DNA of 64,000 bases, taken from IMG/VR virus record IMGVR_UViG_3300034101_003783, positions 1-64,000 of that record; one strand, given 5' to 3'. The notes under the pieces are model-generated. The model ran no database searches, was not told where the DNA came from, and was given only the letters and a program-made list of their open reading frames with translations. Below are positions 50,321 through 58,650 of this stretch, one piece after another. The translations under genes were made by a program, and so were the position numbers. The DNA comes from a virus. How positions within the stretch are numbered: the first letter of the stretch is position 1; the number at the start of each line of letters is the position of its first letter.

Positions 50321-52503
50321 ATAATAACTGTAGTTGTTGTAGTAATATTATCATTAATTTGATATGTTAAATCATTTGTTGGACAAAATTTAGTATCACA
50401 AACAGGGCAGTCAGGATCAAACAAATCAAATTTATCTTTTAAAATAATAAAATTATGTTTTATTTCATCAGAAGATAAAGGATCAATATACATTCTAAAT
50501 TGAGATATACCACCTTCAAAAGTACCCCCAAAATTTTGTTCTAATAAAATATTTGTGTTTAACCCAGATAAACTAGTTCCACTTAAAATATTATTTGGTA
50601 GACATTCAGGATCTTGTATGTAATTTGATGTTAATGCGGAACAAGAAGAAAATGTTAGGTTCTCATGTAATCCTTGTGTACCACCTCCCCAAGAAATATT
50701 AAATGGTACACCTATTTGTTTTTCTTTATCGGTAAATAAACCTCTAGGTATTACCTCTTCAAAGTCCTCAATGGTATATATCTTTTTCCCATTAACATAA
50801 ATTTTTAATCTACCCAACCTGTATTTTTTTTCGTCTAACCATATATCATTTAAATTAACTAACTCAATTAATTCTCCATCTTTATCTAAATGAGTTAGTG
50901 GAGGTTTTATAAGATCAACAGAATTATTAGATAAAGAATCTAAATATTCAAATTTAGTTATATCCCCTAATCCACCATAAAATTTTAAATCACAGAAATC
51001 AAACCATGAATATCTTTCCCATACAACATTAACTAAAAACCAATGTTCTTCATCTAAGAAGGCTGGATTGACAACCTCACAATATGGGTATATTGGGGGT
51101 GAGCAATACTCATCAATAGTATACCCTGTTACATATGTTTGTCCTGTTGTGCAAGTTCCTGTTGTTTCACATCCACCAGTAAACCTTAAAACTTTAACCC
51201 CAATTTGTGGATTTTTTGGATTTCCACATAATTTAAAAGATATATTATTAGACATAACATCAAACAATGGGTCTGTCTCACAGGTGTATTCCACAGACGT
51301 AAAACCTGTATATTCACAACTTGTACATTCATCACATTTATAACATTTTGTACAACTTGGGGTACATATAGGTGTTTGCACATTACAATTAGGTGTTGGG
51401 CTTGGGGTTGGTGTTGGGGTTGGAGTTGGTATTACCACAGTCTTACAATTATGTATCTGACATTCCCACCCACAAGACTCACAAGGAGATTCGTTACAAC
51501 CACAACCACAAGTTACTGAAACCTCAAGGTTACCATTACATAACCTACAACCATAATTTACATGTGGATCATGTTGATTATTTTTAGATCTAGGAGGGTA
51601 AACATATATACACCTACTATTAGTTACAGTCTTATCACAACAAGCACATGTTGACGGACAACCACTTAGAGATTCTGTAACTCTAGTATATCCTGTCAGA
51701 CAATTTGGGTGTCCGTCAGCATGGTGGTAAAATTTATTTTCCGCTCTTGTACCAAAATAAAAAAAGGTGTTTTTATTTTTTGGGTACAATAAATTTAATG
51801 TGGTTTCATTTGGTAATGGGGAGTATTCATCAACAAGTCTTGGTTTTAATAACATCTCAACGGACCAACCTTTAGATGTTCTTTCTGGTAAAACTTCATA
51901 ATCAAAACCAAATAACTTATAAAAACCTTGATAAAATCCACCATATAGTTCATGGTATTTACCTATAATAGGATCATTTTTACTTACAATTTCGTATAAA
52001 GTATTTTTAGATATTCCTGAAAATCTATTATTATTTTCTGTATATCCCGTTACTTGGAATAACTTAAATCTTCTATCAAAATGTAATCTATCAAATTTTA
52101 AAAAATCATCATATAAACCTTTTGTATAATTTAAAGTCTCTCCGGTCATTTTTTCTACCAACCCATTGTCTACCCCCGTTAATCCAACATCACATAGTGT
52201 TGTTGAGGAAAAACAAGTTAAATCTTCATTATTTGGGTTGTAATAATTTTGTGAAACAAAAACATTGTTTGGATTAAAATTTTTATATGTTAATGTTAAT
52301 CCTGTTTGTGAGGTTAAAGGGTTGTTAATATCAATATTAATTGGTAATTTATTACCATAAGTTTCTGCGATTAAGTATGGTGAAAATACAACTTCTTCTT
52401 TATAGTTTCTTTCATCAGAAGCTAAAGACATATCCATAGATTCAGAAACAAGATTAATTTTGTATTTCTGATACACATATTGATTAATATTTTGTTCCGC
52501 CAT
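50317..52503 (-). CDS. Virion protein with a probable LamG/concanavalin-like fold interrupted by Cys-rich and PT inserts
   Basis: [34 protein letters not shown]; Cys clusters; [13 protein letters not shown]; TTTTTVII end. Confidence 0.65.
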   Translation of the reverse strand: MAEQNINQYVYQKYKINLVSESMDMSLASDERNYKEEVVFSPYLIAETYGNKLPINIDINNPLTSQTGLTLTYKNFNPNNVFVSQNYYNPNNEDLTCFSSTTLCDVGLTGVDNGLVEKMTGETLNYTKGLYDDFLKFDRLHFDRRFKLFQVTGYTENNNRFSGISKNTLYEIVSKNDPIIGKYHELYGGFYQGFYKLFGFDYEVLPERTSKGWSVEMLLKPRLVDEYSPLPNETTLNLLYPKNKNTFFYFGTRAENKFYHHADGHPNCLTGYTRVTESLSGCPSTCACCDKTVTNSRCIYVYPPRSKNNQHDPHVNYGCRLCNGNLEVSVTCGCGCNESPCESCGWECQIHNCKTVVIPTPTPTPTPSPTPNCNVQTPICTPSCTKCYKCDECTSCEYTGFTSVEYTCETDPLFDVMSNNISFKLCGNPKNPQIGVKVLRFTGGCETTGTCTTGQTYVTGYTIDEYCSPPIYPYCEVVNPAFLDEEHWFLVNVVWERYSWFDFCDLKFYGGLGDITKFEYLDSLSNNSVDLIKPPLTHLDKDGELIELVNLNDIWLDEKKYRLGRLKIYVNGKKIYTIEDFEEVIPRGLFTDKEKQIGVPFNISWGGGTQGLHENLTFSSCSALTSNYIQDPECLPNNILSGTSLSGLNTNILLEQNFGGTFEGGISQFRMYIDPLSSDEIKHNFIILKDKFDLFDPDCPVCDTKFCPTNDLTYQINDNITTTTTVII

Positions 52504-52515
52504 TCTTTTTATTTA

Positions 52516-52542
52516 ATAAATACACCAAATCAAAGTATTTAT
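52516..52542. promoter_or_regulatory. Back-to-back divergent TATTTAT elements
   Basis: ataaatac (52516, serving 50317..52503) and gtatttat (52535, serving 52557..53549) in a 53-bp gap. Confidence 0.6.
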
Positions 52543-52556
52543 ATAAAAAACTATTT

Positions 52557-53549
52557 ATGTCACATTTAAATAATTTGTTAAAAGAAGACAAACCAAAAAA
52601 CACTGGATCAATTATTAGTGCCTTAAAAAAATATAAAGATTCTGCGGTTAGTGAACTTAAAGAAACAAGACTACTTGTAAAAATTTTAATAACCACTACT
52701 AAACAATATTTGAAAAATAAAGATTTTGAATTAAGTGACGAAGAAAAAAAATTTATAAAAGACCAATCTTCAGATATATTAAAATTAATACCCATTATTG
52801 TTTTTCAATTAATACCTGGATCAACTATCGCAACTCCATTTATTTTAAAATTAAGTAAAAAATTAGGAATAACATTAAATAGTAAAGTTCCTGAAAAATA
52901 TAAAGAAAATAAAGAAGTTAAAAGTGATGGTGAAATAGAAGAATTAGTCAATGCGGATGGATCCCCAATAGGATCTAATATACCAATGTTAAAACTAAGT
53001 CATCACCCAAGAAAAACTATGGACCAAACCGCGAGGATGTCTAGAGTTAGTCAGTTTCCTTTTATAAGAGTTTATTATGGAGAATCTAAAGAAGATAAAC
53101 TAGTATTAGATGAAGAAGATATGTCTGGTGCTTTTGGTGATGAAGAGACAAAAAATGATAGAACATACGCTGAATGTATGAGAACCATGAAAAAACTTGG
53201 GGTTAAGGAATTTTTAGAAAGAGACGAAAGATGTAAAACTTTTGGATTTGATAAAAATTTAGACAAACAATTAACATTCCAAAAAAGAAAGGGTAAGTGT
53301 AAAAAATGTTTTACTAGAAAAAGATTATCGGAATTGGAGCAAGAAAAAATAGATGTTTTAATTGATGAGATTGTTTTAAATAAAAAATCAAATTCCGAAG
53401 ATATTGTAAAAAAAGAAAAAGAAGATTTAGGGAATGAAAAACCAATTCTAAAAATAATTCAAAGAAATTTACAATCTATAAAAAAAATTGCAGATAAAGA
53501 AAACATAGGAATAAATAAATTAGTGCAAATTTTAAAAAAAGGTGAATAA
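52557..53549 (+). CDS. Hypothetical protein with a LETM1-like hydrophobic segment
   Basis: ELSDEEKKFIKDQSSDILKLIPIIVFQLIPGS...P. Confidence 0.6.
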   Translation: MSHLNNLLKEDKPKNTGSIISALKKYKDSAVSELKETRLLVKILITTTKQYLKNKDFELSDEEKKFIKDQSSDILKLIPIIVFQLIPGSTIATPFILKLSKKLGITLNSKVPEKYKENKEVKSDGEIEELVNADGSPIGSNIPMLKLSHHPRKTMDQTARMSRVSQFPFIRVYYGESKEDKLVLDEEDMSGAFGDEETKNDRTYAECMRTMKKLGVKEFLERDERCKTFGFDKNLDKQLTFQKRKGKCKKCFTRKRLSELEQEKIDVLIDEIVLNKKSNSEDIVKKEKEDLGNEKPILKIIQRNLQSIKKIADKENIGINKLVQILKKGE

Positions 53550-54003
53550 GGATTTATATGATAAAATAATTTATATACCAAAAGAAATGTTGGACCATTT
53601 AACGGTATGTTTTGAACGTGTTCCTAATTCTGATTCTTCTGTCGAGGGTCACAAAAGAAACGAAGAATTAAGAAATTCAAAATACGCAACCTTTCAACAG
53701 TTAGAAAGAATAGATAATTGGTTTAGATATTATAACGGAAATAAGGAAGACGCTCCTTATATTTTAAATGGTGGAGACACTATGAGAAATTGGGTGACTA
53801 ACACAATAAAAGGTTTAAGAGATAATGATGGTTTTACAAAAAAAATACATAACGATTATATGCCTGAAGAACCTATAGATAAAAATTTTTTAAAAGATTT
53901 GGGTCCATTGGCCAGTCAATTTGATCCAGAGGATAATACAGATAATATAAAAATAAAAGAAAACCTTAACAGGATAAATGATTTAATTAAAAAAATAATT
54001 TAA
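53542..54003 (+). CDS. Hypothetical protein
   Basis: 153-aa ORF; LNGG..M.NW motif; ends IKENLNRINDLIKKII. Confidence 0.7.
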   Translation: MNKDLYDKIIYIPKEMLDHLTVCFERVPNSDSSVEGHKRNEELRNSKYATFQQLERIDNWFRYYNGNKEDAPYILNGGDTMRNWVTNTIKGLRDNDGFTKKIHNDYMPEEPIDKNFLKDLGPLASQFDPEDNTDNIKIKENLNRINDLIKKII

Positions 54004-54004
54004 T

Positions 54005-54289
54005 ATGCCAACTTTAGAACCACTTGATTTTAGTCAACCTAACAATTTGTTGTCTAAATATGCAGATCAAGAAAGAAAAAAATTAATACCTAAAAATGAC
54101 TATAAAACAACAAACGAATATTCAGCAACAAATAAAGATGCGTTAAGTGATGGAGACGAAAAAGGTAGAGGTACTGGAACTTTTTTAGATGTAACTAACG
54201 GAGGAACAAAAACAGATATTTTAGAAAGACAATCCGAAATAGTTATAAATAAATACAAACCAACTAACCCATATACTAAACCAACCTAG
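54005..54289 (+). CDS. Hypothetical protein
   Basis: 94-aa ORF (DALSDGDEKGRGTG), coupled to neighbours. Confidence 0.7.
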   Translation: MPTLEPLDFSQPNNLLSKYADQERKKLIPKNDYKTTNEYSATNKDALSDGDEKGRGTGTFLDVTNGGTKTDILERQSEIVINKYKPTNPYTKPT

Positions 54290-54672
54290 TGAAACTTTAC
54301 AATTCTTTTAAAGATATTATTGTTGAGGTAGCATCAATATCCTCAATTGTAGACGCAATTAAAAAAAAACGTCGAGTAATTGTGTATTATGATGGTGATG
54401 AACCAGGAGGTAAAGGTTTGAGAATAATTGAACCTGTTTGTTTTGGATACAGTAAAAAAGGAAATCCAGTATTAAGAGCTTGGGATATGGAGGGAGCCTC
54501 ACATAGGGGATATAAGGGTAAAAAACCATTACCTAGTTGGCGGTTATTTAGGGTTGATAAAATTATTGCTTTAAAACCAACAATGGAAAAATTTAACGAA
54601 CCAAGACCAGATTATAATCCTAATGGTGATAAAAGCATGTCAAGAGTTATAATTAATGCGATTTTTGATTAA
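54289..54672 (+). CDS. Stand-alone WYL-domain protein
   Basis: I.DAI...RV...Y, R.IEP..G, LRAW, WRLFRVDKI. Confidence 0.8.
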   Translation: MKLYNSFKDIIVEVASISSIVDAIKKKRRVIVYYDGDEPGGKGLRIIEPVCFGYSKKGNPVLRAWDMEGASHRGYKGKKPLPSWRLFRVDKIIALKPTMEKFNEPRPDYNPNGDKSMSRVIINAIFD

Positions 54673-54691
54673 AAAATAAAATTTAATAAAT

Positions 54692-55294
54692 ATGAATACA
54701 GAACAGGAGTTATTACAAAAACTACAAATATCAAAAAAAATAATGGAGAGACATAATGATATGGGTAGAAGTTCAGTTAAAGAAAGTATAAATAGAAATG
54801 TGGGTGTTGAGGATTTTGAACCTATTAATGGTAAATATAACATCCCCCAAGATTATTTATCAGAACAAGCCGTAAAACAACAACAAGTACAGTATGAAAA
54901 TACTGAAGATAAAATTTTAAATTCTAGATTACCTGATGAAATAAAAAGATTGATGATTGAGCATCCAATACAACAACCTACAAATAATTTAAATTCTTCT
55001 GTTTTATCTGATGAATTGGTTAATAAGGCAACTAGATTAATGAATGTTGATTCTAAAGGTGACTACATTGGTGAAAATAAACAACAAAGACAAATTATAC
55101 AAAATAAAACAAATCAAATTAATGTTGGGGTTGAGGATATAAGAAATATTGTTAGAGAAACTGTTGAGTCTGTTTTAAAAGAAAATGGTCTACTAACAGA
55201 ATCTGAAAGTAAAACTAATGATATTTTTAAATTTAGGGTTGGTCAACACATTTTTGAGGGTAAATTAACAAAAGTAAAAAAAATTACAAAATAA
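54692..55294 (+). CDS. Hypothetical protein, possibly head-internal
   Basis: SRLPDEIK..M...PI, IRNIVRETV, FRVG.HIFEG. Confidence 0.7.
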   Translation: MNTEQELLQKLQISKKIMERHNDMGRSSVKESINRNVGVEDFEPINGKYNIPQDYLSEQAVKQQQVQYENTEDKILNSRLPDEIKRLMIEHPIQQPTNNLNSSVLSDELVNKATRLMNVDSKGDYIGENKQQRQIIQNKTNQINVGVEDIRNIVRETVESVLKENGLLTESESKTNDIFKFRVGQHIFEGKLTKVKKITK

Positions 55295-55313
55295 TTTATT
55301 AACTATTAAATTT

Positions 55314-55350
55314 AAACCCTCAATAAATTATTGGGGGTTTTTGTTTTTTT
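55314..55350 (+). terminator. Rho-independent terminator
   Basis: aaaccctcaataa / ttattgggggttt stem plus long T-run. Confidence 0.8.
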
Positions 55351-55388
55351 AGGTTGATATTCTTATATTAATACAATATATTTTTACT

Positions 55389-56606
55389 ATGGAAAAAATT
55401 AATGTATTAGTATTACCTTCAGATAAATCTGGTGTTGGTAAGTATAGGTCCGTAGATCCTCATGTTAAACTACAAAACATGTATCCAGATGAGTTTCATG
55501 TTGATATAGATTATCAACCAAACGTAAATGATATAAACTACTTTAAGAAATATCAAATTATCCATTTTCATAGAAGTATTGGTCAAGATTATGAAAAATC
55601 AGTAGAACTTATTAATAAGCTAAAAAGTGAAGGTATTATTGTTATTGGTGATATTGATGATTATTGGTTACCAACAAAAGAGCATCCTATACATCAATTA
55701 ATCGTACAAAATAAAATGCACGAAAAAATTGTATCTAATTTAAAGGCGGCATCTTATGTAACAACTACAACTGAAATTTTTGCAAATGAAATTAGAAAAT
55801 TTAATAAAAATGTTATAGTGTTACCAAACGCAATAGACCCGCAAGATCCTCAATATAATGAACCAACATTACCTTCAGAAAAAATTAGAGTTGGTTGGTT
55901 GGGAGGTTCGTCTCACTTACATGATTTAAAATTATTAGAGGGTATGGTTAGTAAGTTATCTAATCTACAAGAAAAATTACAATTTTATGTTTGTGGGTTT
56001 GACACTAGAGGTGTTGTTACGGAAATAAATAAACAAACAGGTGAAAAAAAACAAAGACCTATTAAACCTGAAGAAACTGTTTGGGTTAAATACGAACAAA
56101 TTTTTACTAACAACTACCAGATAGTATCACCAAAATACAAAGAATTTTTAGATAAATTTAATGATGAAGAATATTTTGGTAGCACAGAAAAAGAAAATTA
56201 CATTAGGGTTTGGACAAGACCGGTTACGTCTTACGCAAAGAACTACTCGAAGTTTGATATATCTTTATCCCCAATTAAAAACCATATTTTTAATAGAATG
56301 AAATCACAATTAAAAGTAATTGAGGCTGGTTTTTATAAAAAAGCGATAATTGCATCTAATGTAGGTCCGTATACTATTGATTTAAAACACGCACTTAAAA
56401 ACGGTCAATTTACTGATGGAAACGCTCTTTTAGTTAATGAAAATAATAACCACAGTGATTGGAGTAAAAATATAAAAAAATTGGTCGAGAACCCTAATAT
56501 GATTACAGACCTTGGGGAAAGATTATATGAATCAGTAAAAGATAAATATGATTTAAATAACGTCACAAAAGAAAGATCTTCATTTTACAAATCACTAATT
56601 AAATAA
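55389..56606 (+). CDS. GT-B fold glycosyltransferase (GT4-like)
   Basis: GVGKYR..P, DIDDYW, LPNAID, VGWLGGSSH..DL, DISLSP, FN..KSQLK.IEAG, IASNVGPY. Confidence 0.85.
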   Translation: MEKINVLVLPSDKSGVGKYRSVDPHVKLQNMYPDEFHVDIDYQPNVNDINYFKKYQIIHFHRSIGQDYEKSVELINKLKSEGIIVIGDIDDYWLPTKEHPIHQLIVQNKMHEKIVSNLKAASYVTTTTEIFANEIRKFNKNVIVLPNAIDPQDPQYNEPTLPSEKIRVGWLGGSSHLHDLKLLEGMVSKLSNLQEKLQFYVCGFDTRGVVTEINKQTGEKKQRPIKPEETVWVKYEQIFTNNYQIVSPKYKEFLDKFNDEEYFGSTEKENYIRVWTRPVTSYAKNYSKFDISLSPIKNHIFNRMKSQLKVIEAGFYKKAIIASNVGPYTIDLKHALKNGQFTDGNALLVNENNNHSDWSKNIKKLVENPNMITDLGERLYESVKDKYDLNNVTKERSSFYKSLIK

Positions 56607-56611
56607 AAAAA

Positions 56612-57343
56612 ATGATTAATATACCAATTACAAAAATTTTATTCTTGGATATTGAAACTGTTGGTGGATGTCCTGATTATGAATCTTGTCAAAAGTTTAG
56701 TCCTGAAATTGCAGACCAATATGTAAAATATTATGATTGGTTTAAAAAAAGATTTCCTGAAGATCATATTGAGGTACCAAAAACAAAAATAGAATCGGAT
56801 AAAAGAATGAATGAGGTCTTTAAAAAAAGAGCGGCTCTTGTACCAGAATTTGCAAAAATTGTTTGTGTTTCAGTGGCCTTTGTTTTAGAAAATGGTGAAA
56901 CTAAAAAACAATCTTTTTACGGTGATGACGAGAAAAAATTATTAAAGGAAGTTAGGACTCTTCTTGACCGTTGTGAAAAACTTGGGTTTTTTCTTTGTGG
57001 TCACAATCTAAAAAATTTTGATATTCCAATGTTAGCAAAAAGAATGATCATAAATGGAATTCGTCCCTCAAAAATTCTTCCATCTTATGATACAAAACCT
57101 TGGGAAATAAAGGCAATTGACACAAAAGAAATTTGGCAATATGGAGCGTATACGTCAATAGGATCTTTAGATTTATTATGTTCTTGTTTAAATATCCCAA
57201 CCCCAAAAGATGGTGAAGTTACAGGATCTTCTGTTCACAAATCATACTGGGAAGACCAAAAAATAAAAGAAATTGCGGAATATTGTGAGAAGGATGTTGA
57301 AGTTTTAATTGACGCAATAATGAAATTAAAAAGTTTAGAATAA
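56612..57343 (+). CDS. Stand-alone DnaQ-like 3'-5' exonuclease (PolB-exo related)
   Basis: FLDIET, GHNLKNFDIP, SLDLL, YCEKDV. Confidence 0.88.
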   Translation: MINIPITKILFLDIETVGGCPDYESCQKFSPEIADQYVKYYDWFKKRFPEDHIEVPKTKIESDKRMNEVFKKRAALVPEFAKIVCVSVAFVLENGETKKQSFYGDDEKKLLKEVRTLLDRCEKLGFFLCGHNLKNFDIPMLAKRMIINGIRPSKILPSYDTKPWEIKAIDTKEIWQYGAYTSIGSLDLLCSCLNIPTPKDGEVTGSSVHKSYWEDQKIKEIAEYCEKDVEVLIDAIMKLKSLE

Positions 57344-57948
57344 TGAATAAAAATGATTTAAATAAAATTTTATCTCAAACAAAAGATCTTGAGAAATTAT
57401 TTGAGGGTACTGAATTAAACGATGATGTTGAGTTAGATGCTCTTATGAATGAGTATGGTATAGATTTAAATGAATTAGAAAAAGTTTTTACTGATGATAT
57501 ACCAAAAGTTAAAATGAATATTAAACTTATCCATAAAGATGCTATATTACCTAAATTTGCTTATGAAACGGACTCCGGTGTTGATTTATATTCCGTTGAT
57601 GAACACATAATACCACCTATGGGAAGGTCATTAATTTCAACAGGAATTGTAATTGATGTTCCTGAAAACCATGAAATTCAGATTAGATCAAAAAGTGGAT
57701 TGGCATTAAACCAAGGTTTATTTGTTTTAAATTCACCTGGAACTGTAGATCAAGGGTATACGGGCGAAATAAAAGTAATACTATTTAACACAAACAATGA
57801 AGAGTTTAAAATTACAAAAGGAATGAAAGTCGCTCAAGCGGTTTTGTGTCCTGTTGTTTGTGGTAAATGGGTAGATATTGTAAAAGTTTCTGAAGTAGAA
57901 AATAAAGATAGGTCTAACAATGGGTTTGGAAGTACAGGATTAATTTAA
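57343..57948 (+). CDS. dut: Trimeric dUTPase with an acidic N-terminal extension
   Basis: SGVDL, RSKSGLA, NSPGTVDQGYTGEI, KVAQAV, R..NGFGSTG. Confidence 0.93.
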   Translation: MNKNDLNKILSQTKDLEKLFEGTELNDDVELDALMNEYGIDLNELEKVFTDDIPKVKMNIKLIHKDAILPKFAYETDSGVDLYSVDEHIIPPMGRSLISTGIVIDVPENHEIQIRSKSGLALNQGLFVLNSPGTVDQGYTGEIKVILFNTNNEEFKITKGMKVAQAVLCPVVCGKWVDIVKVSEVENKDRSNNGFGSTGLI

Positions 57949-57954
57949 ATTTAA

Positions 57955-58650
57955 ATGGTCACAGTTTATACAGTAACTTATAACGAAGAGTTAATTATTG
58001 AGTTTTTTATAAATCACTATAGAGAAAATTTTCCAAACTGTAAAATTGTAATATTTGATAACTATTCAACAGACAAAACTGTAGAAATCGCAAAATCATT
58101 TGGTTGTTGTGTAATATTTTTTGATACTAATAATAAGTTTTCAGATAAAAAACATATTGAAATAAAAAATAGTTGCTGGAAAGATTCTGAAACTGAATGG
58201 GTTGTTGTGTGTGATTGTGATGAACTAATCCAAATTAATGAAGAACAATTAAAAAAAGAACAAAAAAACGGACATACAATCTTCAAATTTAACGGATATA
58301 ATTTAATGAATCATAATGATGGTAACTTAGAAGATATTTCCTATGGGTGGCCTGATGAAGGGTACGACAAAATTTTATTATTTAATAAAACAAAAATTAA
58401 AGAAATAAACTACAATTATGGTTGTCACGAATCAAATCCGGTTGGGATTTTAAACTATTGTAAAAATTATAACATGTTTCACTATAATTTTTTGGGTAAA
58501 AATTATACAATTAATAGATATAAAAATTTTTCAGAAAGACTATCTGAAGAAAATATAGAACTAAGGTTAGGTTATCACTATTTTAGTGATGAACAAGAAA
58601 TTAATAAATTATACGATAATAATAAAGGATTTTTAATTAAGTTAAAATGA
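57955..58650 (+). CDS. GT-A fold glycosyltransferase (GT2-like)
   Basis: YNEE, DNYSTDKT, WVVVCDCDE, GCH. Confidence 0.8.
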   Translation: MVTVYTVTYNEELIIEFFINHYRENFPNCKIVIFDNYSTDKTVEIAKSFGCCVIFFDTNNKFSDKKHIEIKNSCWKDSETEWVVVCDCDELIQINEEQLKKEQKNGHTIFKFNGYNLMNHNDGNLEDISYGWPDEGYDKILLFNKTKIKEINYNYGCHESNPVGILNYCKNYNMFHYNFLGKNYTINRYKNFSERLSEENIELRLGYHYFSDEQEINKLYDNNKGFLIKLK

